Below are positions 9,471-21,045 of a stretch of DNA of 64,000 bases, piece after piece. The stretch spans positions 3,296,001 through 3,360,000 of the forward strand of contig CBDBGH010000003.1 of assembly GCA_965205265.1 (NCBI GenBank), written 5' to 3'. The stretch's first letter is position 1, and every line of letters begins with the position of its first letter. Below the pieces are notes generated by a model. The model made no database searches, was not told the DNA's origin, and worked only from the letters and a program-made list of their open reading frames with translations. The translations under genes and the position numbers were made by a program. This stretch comes from Alphaproteobacteria bacterium. GTDB taxonomy: Bacteria; Pseudomonadota; Alphaproteobacteria; Bin95.

Positions 9471-10171
9471 CGCCTTCGGTCCTCGTTTTCCGCCCGGCGG
9501 GCCCACAGGTCCGGCCGCCGCGTCCGCGTTATGTCTTCCGCCCGCGCCTGCCGCCAGGCGCGGATGTTGCAGTGATGGCCCGAAAGCAGGACTTCCGGCG
9601 CCGCGCGCCCGGCCCAGACCGCCGGTCGCGTGTAATGCGGGTATTCCAGCAACCCGCTCTCGAAACTCTCCTCCCGGACCGACTCCGCCTTGCCCGCCAC
9701 GCCCGGCAGCAGCCGCACGCAGGCGTCCAGCAGGGCGATCGCCGCCGGCTCGCCGCCGGACAGCACGAAGTCCCCGAGACTCACCTCCTCCGGCGCCCAG
9801 GCGTCGAGGAGGCGCTGGTCGATCCCCTCGTAGCGCCCGCAGAGCAGGGTCGGCCCCGGCCCCCCGGCCAGCGCCGCCGCCCGGCGCTGCGTGAGCGGCC
9901 GGCCGCGCGGCGAGAGGTGGATCAGCGGCCCCCGCCGGTCCCAGGCGGCGTGGATCGCGTCCGACACCACGTCCGCGCGCATGACCATGCCGGCGCCCCC
10001 GCCGAACGGCGTGTCGTCCACGGAGGCGTGCTTATCGCGCGCAAAGGCGCGAATGTCCACCGTCTCGAGTCGCCAGACGCCGGCGTCGAACGCGCGCCCG
10101 GCAAGCGAATGGCCGAGCGGCCCCGGAAACATCTCCGGGAAGAGCGTCAGCACTGTCGCAGTCCAGGTCAC
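9467..10171 (-). CDS. trmD: tRNA (guanine-N1)-methyltransferase
   Basis: GTG start; [53 protein letters not shown]. Confidence 0.96.
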   Translation of the reverse strand: MTWTATVLTLFPEMFPGPLGHSLAGRAFDAGVWRLETVDIRAFARDKHASVDDTPFGGGAGMVMRADVVSDAIHAAWDRRGPLIHLSPRGRPLTQRRAAALAGGPGPTLLCGRYEGIDQRLLDAWAPEEVSLGDFVLSGGEPAAIALLDACVRLLPGVAGKAESVREESFESGLLEYPHYTRPAVWAGRAAPEVLLSGHHCNIRAWRQARAEDITRTRRPDLWARRAENEDRRR

Positions 10172-10674
10172 AGCCCCTCCGGCGGGTCTATGGTGACGGT
10201 GCGGGCGGCGAGGTCGATTGCCGGCACGGCCTCGCGCGTGAAGGGGAAGACGCGGGGCTGGCCGCCCTCGTCCGGCAGCACCTCGATCAGGTCGCCGGCG
10301 CCGAAATCGTGCAGCGCCCGCACCGTGCCGAGCCGGGCCCCGTTCCTGTCGACCGCGGCGAGGCCGACAAGGTCCGCATGGTAGAACTCCTCCTCGTCCT
10401 CGGCCGGCGGCAGCGCCGCCCGGTCGAGGAAAAGCTCGACGCCCTTGAGCGCCTCCGCCGCGTTCCGGTCCTCCACGCCTTCGATCCGCACCAGCGCCAT
10501 GCCCTTCTCGATCCTCACCAGCTTGAGCGCGAAGCGCCGGCTGCCGGCGGCATCCTCCAGCGGGCCGTAACCGGCAATGGCGTCCGGCAGGGCGGTGAAG
10601 GTCTTGACCCTGACCGCGCCCTGCAGCCCGTGCGCGCCGGCAATGACGCCGAGACAGAGGCGGGACACGTTCAT
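10168..10674 (-). CDS. rimM: 16S rRNA processing protein RimM
   Basis: [32 protein letters not shown]; position in operon. Confidence 0.95.
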   Translation of the reverse strand: MNVSRLCLGVIAGAHGLQGAVRVKTFTALPDAIAGYGPLEDAAGSRRFALKLVRIEKGMALVRIEGVEDRNAAEALKGVELFLDRAALPPAEDEEEFYHADLVGLAAVDRNGARLGTVRALHDFGAGDLIEVLPDEGGQPRVFPFTREAVPAIDLAARTVTIDPPEGL

Positions 10675-10695
10675 CCGCCGGTCGTTCCGTCCGGG

Positions 10696-11043
10696 TTATT
10701 CCGCCGCAGCGGCTTCCGCCTTGGCCTTCATGCGCTCCTGCGCCTTGGCCTTGGGCAGATGCTGCTTGGTCTGCTGCGGCACCTCCGGCGGGGCGAGAAT
10801 GCCCGCCGCGCCGAGGAACCGGGCCACGCGCTCGGAAGGCGTCGCGCCCACCGACAGCCAGTGCCGGATGCGTTCTTCCTTGAGGCGCAGCCGGTCCTCG
10901 TGGTCCTTCGGCATCATCGGGTTGTAGAAGCCGAGGATCTCGATGAAGCGGCCGTCCCGGGGCGAGGAGCCCTCGGCGACGACGATGCGGTAGAAGGGCC
11001 GGCGCTTGGCGCCGCCGCGGGTGAGTCGAATCCTGAGTGCCAT
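10696..11043 (-). CDS. rpsP: 30S ribosomal protein S16
   Basis: [32 protein letters not shown]. Confidence 0.97.
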   Translation of the reverse strand: MALRIRLTRGGAKRRPFYRIVVAEGSSPRDGRFIEILGFYNPMMPKDHEDRLRLKEERIRHWLSVGATPSERVARFLGAAGILAPPEVPQQTKQHLPKAKAQERMKAKAEAAAAE

Positions 11044-11081
11044 GAGCTTTCCGTGAAGGTGGAAGAGAGGGGTCGTCGGGA

Positions 11082-12437
11082 TCAGCGCCGGGCCAGAAGG
11101 GCGTCCAGCCCCCGGCCCGCAAGCGCGCCGCGTTTCTCCAGCTTGCCGACGCGCTTCATCATCGTCTGCATCTGCTGGAATTGCTTGAGCATCCGGTTCA
11201 CATCCTGCACCGAGGCGCCGGCCCCGGCGGCGATGCGCCGCTTGCGCGACGCCTTGACGATCTCCGGCCGGGCCCGCTCGCGCGGCGTCATCGACAGGAT
11301 GATCGCCTCCTGGCGCACGAGCCATTTTTCATCGAGCTTCGCCTTCGCCATTTCGGCCTTCATCCGGCCGACCTGCGGCAGCATTCCCATCAGCCCGCCG
11401 AGCCCGCCCATCTTCTTCATCTGCCGCAGCTGGGTCAGCAGGTCGTTCAGGTCCATGCGCCCGCGGCTGAGCCGGGCGGCGAGCTTTTCGGCTTCTTCCT
11501 GTTCGATGGTCTCGGCCGCGCGCTCGACGAGCCCGACGACATCGCCCATGCCGAGAATGCGCGACGCGATCCTGTCGGGGTGGAAGACCTCGATGCGGTC
11601 GAGCTGCTCGCCCGTGCCGACGAACTTGATCGGCCGCCCGGTGACATGGCGCATGGAGAGCGCTGCGCCGCCGCGCGCATCGCCGTCGATCCGGGTCAGC
11701 ACGATGCCGGTGACGCCGACCTCCTCGTTGAAGGCCCGGGCGGTGTTGACGGCGTCCTGGCCGGTCATCGCATCGGCGACCAGCAGCGATTCGACCGGCT
11801 TCACCAGGTCGCGCAGCGCGGCCGCCTCCTCTATCATCTCGCGGTCGATGGCAAGGCGCCCGGCGGTGTCGATGAAGACGATGTCATAGCCCTCGCGCGC
11901 ACCGATGCGCATGGCGCGCCGCGCGATGGCGGGCGGGCGTTCGCCGAACACGATGGGCAGGGTGTCGATCCCGGCCTGCCTGCCGAGCAGTTCGAGCTGC
12001 TGCTGCGCGGCGGGGCGATAGACGTCCACCGACGCCATGAGCACCTTCTTGCCGTCGCGGTCGGTGAGGCGCCGGGCGAGCTTGGCGGTCGTCGTCGTCT
12101 TGCCGGAGCCCTGCAGGCCCAGCATCAGCATGGCGAGCGGGGGATTGCCGCCGAGGCGGAGTTCCTCGGCCTCGCCGCCCAGCATCTCGACCATGCGGTC
12201 ATGGACGATCTTGACGACCTGCTGGCCGGGCGTGACGGAACGCAGCACCTCCTGCCCGACGGCCTGCTCCTTCACCGCATCGAGGAGCGCGCGGACCGCC
12301 GGCAGCGCCGCATCCGCCTCCAGCAGCGCCACCCGCACCTCGCGGAGCGCCGCCTCGACATCGCCGGCGGAGAGCGAACCGCGCCGGGTAAGCCGCCCGA
12401 AGACGTCGCCGAGCCTCTCCGTCAGTCCCTCGAACAT
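11082..12437 (-). CDS. ffh: Signal recognition particle protein
   Basis: [33 protein letters not shown], Met-rich M domain. Confidence 0.97.
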   Translation of the reverse strand: MFEGLTERLGDVFGRLTRRGSLSAGDVEAALREVRVALLEADAALPAVRALLDAVKEQAVGQEVLRSVTPGQQVVKIVHDRMVEMLGGEAEELRLGGNPPLAMLMLGLQGSGKTTTTAKLARRLTDRDGKKVLMASVDVYRPAAQQQLELLGRQAGIDTLPIVFGERPPAIARRAMRIGAREGYDIVFIDTAGRLAIDREMIEEAAALRDLVKPVESLLVADAMTGQDAVNTARAFNEEVGVTGIVLTRIDGDARGGAALSMRHVTGRPIKFVGTGEQLDRIEVFHPDRIASRILGMGDVVGLVERAAETIEQEEAEKLAARLSRGRMDLNDLLTQLRQMKKMGGLGGLMGMLPQVGRMKAEMAKAKLDEKWLVRQEAIILSMTPRERARPEIVKASRKRRIAAGAGASVQDVNRMLKQFQQMQTMMKRVGKLEKRGALAGRGLDALLARR

Positions 12438-12439
12438 GC

Positions 12440-12530
12440 GCGCCTCTTCCTGCCGCCCGTCCAACGCCCGACGCGCCGATGCGCGAACCCTCGCGGACCG
12501 GCGGGCCTCCTCGGAGGCATGGGGTGTAAC
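12440..12530 (-). ncRNA. Alphaproteobacterial ffh leader RNA motif (putative cis-regulator)
   Basis: 5' UTR reads ACCCCATGCCTCCGAGGAGGCCCGCCGGTCCGCGAGGGTTCGCGCATCGGCGCGTCGGGCGTTGG, resembling the known alphaproteobacterial ffh motif; recognised by eye, boundaries approximate. Confidence 0.6.
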
Positions 12531-12674
12531 GCTATGGCGAAACGGCGCGCAACCTAACCGCCCGCCACTGCCCCGTCAACGCCCGTCCCGGTCTCCGCGG
12601 GCCCGGCGGAATGCGATGGCCCCGTGCGGGACCCGTATCGGATGGAGGGCGTTTCTTCCAACATCGCACGCCAT

Positions 12675-12743
12675 GAACAATTTCCGATATTTTTGAATTT
12701 TGTTCCCTGTATGGGCTTGACATCTGGCGGATTGTGGTATGAT
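12675..12743 (+). promoter_or_regulatory. AT-rich inverted repeat plus sigma70-type promoter
   Basis: GAACAA-N19-TTGTTC at 12675-12705; TTGACA 12717-12722; extended -10 TGG-TATGAT 12735-12743 (15-bp spacer). Confidence 0.6.
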
Positions 12744-12974
12744 GGTCCCCAAGGAAGCGGACTCCGGAGCCGCCTCCCCGGGTGCCGCGCGGCCGAGCGG
12801 CGCCAGTTTCTGAAAACCCGTGAGAAGCCGACGGGAGACGTGCGCCCTGTGCCTCGCGCGCGCAATCAGGCGCGCGAACCGCGCCGCCGCGTAACGCCCG
12901 CCCGCGCCGGCACAGGCGCACGCGCGGGAGACGCGCGAAACAGGGACCCGCTCCCCGTCGGAGGAGGAGAGACG

Positions 12975-13568
12975 ATGACCGCAACCGACCCCCGCCCCGC
13001 ACTGGCGGCGATGCTGGCCGAAAAGTTGGCCCCCGCCGCCGCAGCCCTTGCCGAAGCTTATGCCCAGGACATGGGCGCAGCGCCGCCGCCGGAGGACGAC
13101 CGCGCCCTTGCCGACCGTCACCGCGCCGGACGCGCCGCGCTCTCCCATCTGCGCCAGCTCCTCAACCTCCTCGACTGGGCCGCCGCCCGCATGCCCGAAC
13201 CGGAGCCGGCAGTCGTCGAAGAGCCGGCGGAGGACCTCGACGACTGGGTTCCGGAGCCGGAGCCCGAGACCGGCTATGACGGCAGCGAGGACGAATACCA
13301 CTATTTCGACGAGGTCTATGTCGGCAGCCAGCAGACGCCGGAGTTCCGGGCCTGGCATGCGGAGCAGGAGCGTCGCTTCGGGCCGCTGGTGCCGGACGAG
13401 GACAGTTACGACGGCAGCGAGGACTACTACAACTTCGGCGAGCGCCAGTATGTGGGCAAGCTGACCACGCCCGCGTTCTACGACTGGCTCGCCCGCCAGG
13501 AACGCCGCGAGGCCGCAGAACTCGCCGCAAGGGAAGCCGCCACTGCGGGCGGGGGTGCCGGTGGATGA
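12975..13568 (+). CDS. Hypothetical protein: helical N-domain plus two 44-aa-period acidic/aromatic repeats
   Basis: GGAGGAGGAG RBS before ATG 12975; host-like codon usage; repeats YDGSED..Y....YVG...TP.F..W...QERR at 13275 and 13407. Confidence 0.75.
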   Translation: MTATDPRPALAAMLAEKLAPAAAALAEAYAQDMGAAPPPEDDRALADRHRAGRAALSHLRQLLNLLDWAAARMPEPEPAVVEEPAEDLDDWVPEPEPETGYDGSEDEYHYFDEVYVGSQQTPEFRAWHAEQERRFGPLVPDEDSYDGSEDYYNFGERQYVGKLTTPAFYDWLARQERREAAELAAREAATAGGGAGG

Positions 13569-13589
13569 GGTCAAGGGACGGACGGCTTC

Positions 13590-13637
13590 ATGCCCGAACC
13601 GGCTACAGCATATGACTCCCGCGCATGCAAAACATGA
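13590..13637 (+). CDS. 15-codon mini-ORF MPEPATAYDSRACKT (putative)
   Basis: AAGGGA upstream; same length and MPE/A/AC positions as mini-ORF at 21275. Confidence 0.35.
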   Translation: MPEPATAYDSRACKT

Positions 13638-13781
13638 CATCGCATGACACTTCATGACACGCTGCCGGGCATCTTCCCCCCGCCCGAACGCAACCGCCCC
13701 CTGCCCGTCTAGCACGGGGGTTGCCGCCGGGCCGCTCTGCCGCCATGTTGCGGAAGCCGTCCCGGAACCGGGGTAGAGAGA

Positions 13782-14672
13782 ATGGAGATTGCGGCAAGCG
13801 CGCCCGGCGTCGTGAAGGACGCCGACGACCGGACCTTCATGGCCGATGTCATCGAAGCCTCGATGACGGCGCCGGTGATCGTCGATTTCTGGGCGCCCTG
13901 GTGCGGCCCCTGCAAGCAATTGGGGCCGGTGCTCGAGAAGGTCGTGTCCAATGCCGGCGGCAAGGTCAGCCTCGTCAAGGTCGATATCGACAAGAGCCCG
14001 GTGGTCGCGCAGCAGATGCGCATCCAGTCGATCCCGGCCGTCTATGCCTTCGACCAGGGGCGCCCGGTGGACGCCTTCATGGGCGCGTTGCCGGAGAGCC
14101 AGGTCAAGGCGTTCGTCGAGCGGCTGGTGGGCGGGCCGGTCGAATCGGCCGTCGAGGCCGCTGTCGAGCAGGCGCGCGCGGCGCTGGAGGGCGGCGACGC
14201 GCAGACCGCAGGCGCAATCCTCAACGAAGTGCTGAGGCAGGAGCCGGAGAACGCCGCCGCCCTGGCCGGCCTCGCCCAGGTGTTTCTCGCCGTGGACCAG
14301 GTCGCCGAGGCCCGCGCCATGCTCGACCGGCTGCCGGAAGGCGCAAACCGGGGCCCGGCGGTGGCGGCGGCCGTGAGCGCGGTGGAACTCGCGGAGCAGA
14401 GCGCGGATGCAGGCGACACGGCGGACCTGCGCCGGGCGGTGGAGGCCGATCCGGACGACCACCGGGCGCGCTTCGACCTGGCGATGGCGCTGTTCGGCGG
14501 CGGCCGCCACAGGGAAGCGGCGGAGGAATTGCTGGAACTCTATCGCCGCGACCGGGAGTGGAACGAAGGCGCGGCCCGCAGCCAGCTCGTCAAATTCTTC
14601 GAGGCGTGGGGACCGATGCACGAATTGACGGTCGATATACGCCGCCGCCTCTCGACCATGATGTTCAGCTAG
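13782..14672 (+). CDS. cnoX: Thioredoxin-TPR chaperedoxin (CnoX/YbbN family)
   Basis: DFWAPWCGPCKQL, IQSIPAVYAF..GRPVDAFMGALPESQV, C-terminal RRRLSTMMFS. Confidence 0.92.
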   Translation: MEIAASAPGVVKDADDRTFMADVIEASMTAPVIVDFWAPWCGPCKQLGPVLEKVVSNAGGKVSLVKVDIDKSPVVAQQMRIQSIPAVYAFDQGRPVDAFMGALPESQVKAFVERLVGGPVESAVEAAVEQARAALEGGDAQTAGAILNEVLRQEPENAAALAGLAQVFLAVDQVAEARAMLDRLPEGANRGPAVAAAVSAVELAEQSADAGDTADLRRAVEADPDDHRARFDLAMALFGGGRHREAAEELLELYRRDREWNEGAARSQLVKFFEAWGPMHELTVDIRRRLSTMMFS

Positions 14673-14685
14673 GGAGCGGGCGGCC

Positions 14686-15339
14686 GTGGCCCTCAGGCGA
14701 TCCCTGCCGGAGGTCATCCCGGTTTTCCCGCTGCCCGGCGTGCTGCTGCTGCCGCGCGCCATGCTGCCGCTGCATATCTTCGAACCGCGCTACCGGGCGA
14801 TGATCCGCGATGCGCTGGACGATGAGGGGATCGTCGGCATGGTGCAGCCCTGCGCGGAAGGGACCGATCCGGCGAACCCGCCGATCTACGGGATCGGTTG
14901 CGCCGGCAAGATCCAGAACTCGGAGAAGCTCGACGACGGGCGCTATATGGTCGCGCTGCAGGGCATTGCGCGCTTTCGCATAGACCGCGAGCTGGCGCGC
15001 CATCCCGACGGCTACCGCACCGTCCATGCAGATTTCGAGGGGTTCGGGGACGATCTCGATGCGCGCCGCAGCAGCCCGGTGGACCGCGACGGCCTGCTGG
15101 AGGCGCTGCGCGGCTTCCTGGCGCGGCGGGGGCTCAGCGCCGACTGGGACGCCGTGGGCAGGGCCGACGACGAAATGCTGGTCAATGCGCTCTCCATGGG
15201 CTGCCCCTTCGCGCCCAATGAGAAGCAGGCGCTGCTCGAATGCGGCGACACCGGCGAGCGCGCCCGGATGCTGGAAACGCTGTTCGCCATGTCGGGCTTC
15301 CAGGCGGCGAACGACGACGACCCGGCGCGGATGAATTGA
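14686..15339 (+). CDS. LON peptidase substrate-binding domain protein
   Basis: [36 protein letters not shown]. Confidence 0.9.
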   Translation: MALRRSLPEVIPVFPLPGVLLLPRAMLPLHIFEPRYRAMIRDALDDEGIVGMVQPCAEGTDPANPPIYGIGCAGKIQNSEKLDDGRYMVALQGIARFRIDRELARHPDGYRTVHADFEGFGDDLDARRSSPVDRDGLLEALRGFLARRGLSADWDAVGRADDEMLVNALSMGCPFAPNEKQALLECGDTGERARMLETLFAMSGFQAANDDDPARMN

Positions 15340-15346
15340 GGCGGCG

Positions 15347-15541
15347 ATGACGGGTTCGGGAGAGGTCGATCCGCTGCTGCTGCAATTGCTGGTCTGCCCG
15401 GTGACCAAGGGGCCGCTGGAATACGACCGCGAGGCGGGAGAGCTGGTCAGCCGTTCGGCGGGGCTGGCCTACCCGGTCCGCGACGGCATCCCGATCATGC
15501 TGGTGGAGGAGGCGCGGGAGCTCGACGGGGACGGGCGGTGA
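15347..15541 (+). CDS. Trm112/YcaR family protein
   Basis: [11 protein letters not shown]...[17 protein letters not shown]. Confidence 0.93.
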   Translation: MTGSGEVDPLLLQLLVCPVTKGPLEYDREAGELVSRSAGLAYPVRDGIPIMLVEEARELDGDGR

Positions 15542-15891
15542 GCCGCCCGACCGAGCTGCGCTATTCCAGGGCTGCGCGCGTGCTGCACATCGCCTTCGAC
15601 GACGGGGCGGCGTTCGACCTACCGGCGGAATTGCTGCGCGTCGAGAGTCCTTCGGCCGAGGTCCAGGGCCACGGGCCGGGCCGCAAGACGACGGTTTCCG
15701 GCCGCGCCCATGTCGGCATTATCGAAATCCTGCCCGAGGGCAATTACGCCGTCCGGCTGGTCTTCGACGACCTGCACGACACCGGCATCTACAGCTGGAC
15801 CTATCTGCGCGAACTCGGCGAGCGCCGGGACGAACTCTGGGACGCCTATCTGGAGGCGCTGGAGGCCGGCGGCCTCTCGCGCGAGCCGTAG
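15538..15891 (+). CDS. DUF971 / GBBH-like N-terminal domain protein
   Basis: [39 protein letters not shown]. Confidence 0.9.
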   Translation: MSRPTELRYSRAARVLHIAFDDGAAFDLPAELLRVESPSAEVQGHGPGRKTTVSGRAHVGIIEILPEGNYAVRLVFDDLHDTGIYSWTYLRELGERRDELWDAYLEALEAGGLSREP

Positions 15892-15957
15892 CAGCGCGGT
15901 GACAGTCCCGCTGCCGCCGGCTATCTTCCCGCCGTTCCCAAGGAGGGTGCAAGGCTC

Positions 15958-16946
15958 ATGCGCGTCGCGATAACCGGCGGCGCCGGCTTTATCGGCCGGC
16001 GGCTCGCGCTCCGGCTGCTGGAGGTGAATGCGCTGACGGACTCCGCCGGCCGGGAGCAGCCGGTCGAACGGATCGTCCTGTTCGACCGGGCCGCGCCCGA
16101 CCCGCGCCTGCTGCACGACCCGCGCGTCGAGGCCGTCATCGGCGATATCGGCGACCCGGAGCAGGTTGCGGCCGTCATCGCCCCGGACACGGGCGCCGTC
16201 TTCCACATGGCGGCGGTGGTGAGCGCCGGGGCGGAGGAGGATTTCGACCTCGGCATGACGGTCAACCTCCAGGGCACGATGAATGTGCTGGCCGCCGCGC
16301 GGAACCTGCCGGACCCGCCGCGCCTGGTGTTCGCAAGCTCGGTCGCGGTCTATGGCGGCGCCATGCCGGAGACGATCCCGGACGGGCTGATACTCAACCC
16401 GCAGACCTCCTACGGCGCGCAGAAGGCCATCGGGGAGTTGCTGGTGCAGGACTATGCGCGCAAGGGCTATGTGGACGGGCGGGCGCTGCGCTTCCCGACG
16501 GTCGTGGTGCGGCCCGGCAAGCCCAACAAGGCGGCCTCGACCTGGGCGAGCTCGATCATCCGCGAGCCGCTGCAGGGCGAGGAGGCCGTCTGCCCGGTAG
16601 AGCCGGACCAGGCGATGTATGTGCTCTCGCCGCGCAAGGTGGTGGACGCCGTGCTGAAGGCCGCCGCCCTGCCGCCGGAAGCCTGGGGCCCGGCCCGGAT
16701 GCTGGCGCTTCCGGGCCTCACCGTCACCGTGCGCGAGATGCTGGCGGCGCTTGCGGCCGTCGCCGGCGAGCGGGTGGCGGCGCGCGTCGCCTTCGAGCCC
16801 GACCCCTTCATCCAGCGGATCGTGAACGGCTGGCCCACCCGTTTCGACCCGGCGCGGGGCCGGGCGCTCGGCTTCGAGACCGACACGGACTTCGAGGAAA
16901 TCGTGCGCATCTTCATCGAGGACGAACTCGGCGGGAGCTTCGCGGC

Positions 16947-16950
<4 letters not shown>
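15958..16950 (+). CDS. denD: NAD-dependent epimerase/dehydrogenase, D-erythronate dehydrogenase-like
   Basis: TGGAGFIG, HMAAVVSAGAEEDFDLG, SYGAQKAIGE, VRPGKPNKAAS, IIREPL. Confidence 0.8.
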
Positions 16951-18566
<1,616 letters not shown>

Positions 18567-18647
18567 ACAGTTACGCCCGGCGGCCTGCATCCCTATGCTC
18601 GCATCCAAGCCACTGAACCGACCGAAGACCGAAGAGAGGGACACCCG

Positions 18648-20300
18648 ATGAGCGAACTGACGGGTTCGGCGATCCTCGCCAAGGCGCTGCGCAGGCAGGG
18701 ATGCGACGAGATGTTTTTCCTGATGGGCGGCCCGATGCTGCTGGCGGAGACCGAATGCGCCAATGAAGGCATCCGCATGGTGGATGTGCGCCACGAGCAG
18801 GCCGCCGCGATGATGGCGCATGCCTATGCGCGGCTGCGCACGAAGCCCGCGGCCTGCATGGCGGCGTCGGGGCCGGGCGTCACCAACCTGGTCACCGGCC
18901 TCTGCAACGCGCTGGTCGATTGCACGCCGGTGGTCGCGGTCGGCGGCTGCTCGCCGCTGCGCCAGTTCGGCCAGGACGTCTTCCAGGAGATCGACCAGAT
19001 GCGGATCATGGAGGGCTGCGTGAAGTGGTCGGCCCGCGTGTACGACCCCCGCCGCATCCCGGAAATCGTCGATATCGCCTTCCAGCAGGCCATGGCCGGC
19101 AAGCCGGGGCCCGTCTATATCGATATGCCGGGCGACATCCTCTACACGAAAGTGCCCGAGGAGGAGATCAACTGGACGACTTCGGGCCGCCCGCTGCTCC
19201 GCAGCCGCCCGGCCGGCCAGCAGGACCTGATCGAGGAGACCGCCGCGATCCTGGCCAACGCGGAGCGCCCGGTGATGATCTCCGGCTCCGGCATCCTCTG
19301 GTCCGAGGCGTCCGAGGCGATGCACCGCTTCGTCGATGCGTCCGGCATCCCCTTCTACACCACGCCGCAGGGCCGGGGCGTCGTGCCGGAAGACCATCCC
19401 TGGCACTACGCCACCATGCGCTCGACCGCCTTCCGCGAGGCGGACTGCATCCTGATCCTCGGCACGCGGCTCAATTACATCGTCGGCCATGCCGCCCCGC
19501 CGCGCTTCAATGCCGATGCGCGCATCGTGCGCATCGACATCGACCAGACCGAGATCGCCCAGAGCCCGCGGCCCATCGACATCGGCATCGTCGCGGATGT
19601 GCGCACGGCGCTGGAGCAGCTGATGGAGGCCATCGACGGGCGCTTCGATGCCGACCGCTTCAAGGCCTGGCGCGACCGGCTGGCGGAGGGCGAGGCGGAA
19701 AAGCGCGCCCGTCCGGGCGGCAACGCCCAGTCCGACGAGGTGCCGATCCACCCGCTCCGGCTCTGCGAGGAAGTCAAGAACTTCATGAACCGGGACGCCA
19801 TCCTGGTGGTGGACGGGCAGGAGATCCTGAACTACGGGCGCCAGTCCATGCCGACCCACACGCCCGGCCACCGGCTGAACTCCGGCCCCTTCGGCACGAT
19901 GGGCGTGGGCCTGCCCTACGCCATCGGCGCCAAGGTCGCCAAGCCGGACAAGCAGGTCATCTGCGTGCATGGCGACGGCTCCATGGGCCTCAACGCCATG
20001 GAGCTCGAAGCCGCCCAGCGCCAGGGCATCCCGGTGCTGGTGGTCATCAGCTGCAATGGCGGCTGGACCGCCGATCCGGGCCGCGAAAAGATCGGCCGCG
20101 ACCTGGGCTATGTGCGCTTCGACAGGATCGCCGAGGCGCTCGGCTGCTATGGCGAGCAGGTCGAGGAACCGGACGGCATCCGCGCCGCGCTGGAGCGGGG
20201 CCAGGCGGAGGTGGACAAGGGCCGCGTCGCCGTCATCAATGTCGTGACGGACTACCGCGCCCGCGCCGGCACGGTCCAGTTCGCGCAATACTCGACCTGA
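18648..20300 (+). CDS. ThDP-dependent enzyme (2-hydroxyacyl-CoA lyase / oxalyl-CoA decarboxylase / ALS-like)
   Basis: RHEQAAAMMA, SGPGVTN, GTMGVGLPYA, GDGS...N ThDP motif. Confidence 0.85.
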   Translation: MSELTGSAILAKALRRQGCDEMFFLMGGPMLLAETECANEGIRMVDVRHEQAAAMMAHAYARLRTKPAACMAASGPGVTNLVTGLCNALVDCTPVVAVGGCSPLRQFGQDVFQEIDQMRIMEGCVKWSARVYDPRRIPEIVDIAFQQAMAGKPGPVYIDMPGDILYTKVPEEEINWTTSGRPLLRSRPAGQQDLIEETAAILANAERPVMISGSGILWSEASEAMHRFVDASGIPFYTTPQGRGVVPEDHPWHYATMRSTAFREADCILILGTRLNYIVGHAAPPRFNADARIVRIDIDQTEIAQSPRPIDIGIVADVRTALEQLMEAIDGRFDADRFKAWRDRLAEGEAEKRARPGGNAQSDEVPIHPLRLCEEVKNFMNRDAILVVDGQEILNYGRQSMPTHTPGHRLNSGPFGTMGVGLPYAIGAKVAKPDKQVICVHGDGSMGLNAMELEAAQRQGIPVLVVISCNGGWTADPGREKIGRDLGYVRFDRIAEALGCYGEQVEEPDGIRAALERGQAEVDKGRVAVINVVTDYRARAGTVQFAQYST

Positions 20301-20304
20301 CCTG

Positions 20305-20925
20305 ATGGCGGGCGCAGCGCGGCGCGCGGTGCGGGCGGCTGCGGCGGCATTGGCTGCACTCTGCTTGGCCGCCGCCGCTCCGCCGCCGCCGTCATCGCCG
20401 CCATCTTCGCCGCCGCCGCTGGAAGCGCTGTTCGGCGGGCCGTTCGAGCTGACCGACCATAACGGCCGGACGGTGACGGACGGGACCTTCCGGGGCCGCT
20501 TCGCGCTCCTCTATTTCGGCTACACCTTCTGCCCCGACCTCTGCCCGACCAACCTGCTGACCATGGCGGAAGCGGTCGAGGCGCTGGGGCCGGAGGGCGA
20601 GCGGGTGCAGCCGCTCTTCGTCACCGTCGATCCCGAACGCGACGATCCGGCGGCGCTCGGGGACTATATGGCGCATTTCGGCCCGCGCTTCCTTGGGCTT
20701 CGCGGCACGCCCGCCCAGACCCGCGCCGTGCTGAAGACCTGGCGCATCCACCGCCGCAAGGTGCCGGCCGAGGCCGGGGCGAATGCCGACGACTATCTGG
20801 TGGACCATGCGACCCTCACCTTCCTGATGGGGCCGGACGGGAAGTTCCGCACGCTCTTCCCGCATGACACACCGGCAGAGAAAATGACGGCCACGCTCCG
20901 CCGTTACCTCGCCGCCGAACGGTAG
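20305..20925 (+). CDS. SCO1/SenC family copper chaperone
   Basis: GGPFELTDH, FGYTFCPDLCP, VTVDPERD, YLVDH. Confidence 0.92.
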   Translation: MAGAARRAVRAAAAALAALCLAAAAPPPPSSPPSSPPPLEALFGGPFELTDHNGRTVTDGTFRGRFALLYFGYTFCPDLCPTNLLTMAEAVEALGPEGERVQPLFVTVDPERDDPAALGDYMAHFGPRFLGLRGTPAQTRAVLKTWRIHRRKVPAEAGANADDYLVDHATLTFLMGPDGKFRTLFPHDTPAEKMTATLRRYLAAER

Positions 20926-21017
20926 CGACACCGGAGCTCCCAGCGGCCCGCCGCGGACGAGGCGGGGCGGCCACAAATTATGTTCACAAGAAATCAGTAA
21001 TAATTCTGACAAGAATA

Positions 21018-21045
21018 TTGACATTCAAGAATCATAGGCTATATT
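21018..21045 (+). promoter_or_regulatory. Near-consensus sigma70 promoter
   Basis: TTGACA-N16-TATATT within an AT-rich patch. Confidence 0.75.

Larger units (their letters stand above)
12670..13665 (+). repeat. Dispersed element, copy A (promoter, two hairpins, cargo ORF, 15-codon mini-ORF, CATGACA x3)
   Basis: Ordered motifs shared with 20975-21340; see findings. Confidence 0.65.

Noticed and set aside
7026-12437. leuCD attached to the rpsP-rimM-trmD-rplS operon as a novelty
   Set aside because: This arrangement is common in Alphaproteobacteria
12675-12705. LexA (GTTC-N7-GTTC) boxes in the element promoters
   Set aside because: Only half-sites are present; in copy A they are inverted, not the direct repeat required
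12624-12974. N-terminal extension of the 314-aa ORF in the ORF track
   Set aside because: It spans the promoter and hairpins, has non-protein-like composition, and a strong RBS marks ATG 12975
13566-13637. Selenocysteine read-through of the TGA joining cargo ORF and mini-ORF
   Set aside because: In frame, but there is no recognisable SECIS hairpin and no redox-motif context
13633-13660. CATGACA repeats as a CRISPR array
   Set aside because: 7-bp units with 3-bp spacers are far too short, and no cas genes are present
20375-20420. Pro/Ser-rich CCG repeat in the SCO gene as a contingency locus
   Set aside because: Short, imperfect, in-frame low-complexity linker after the signal region
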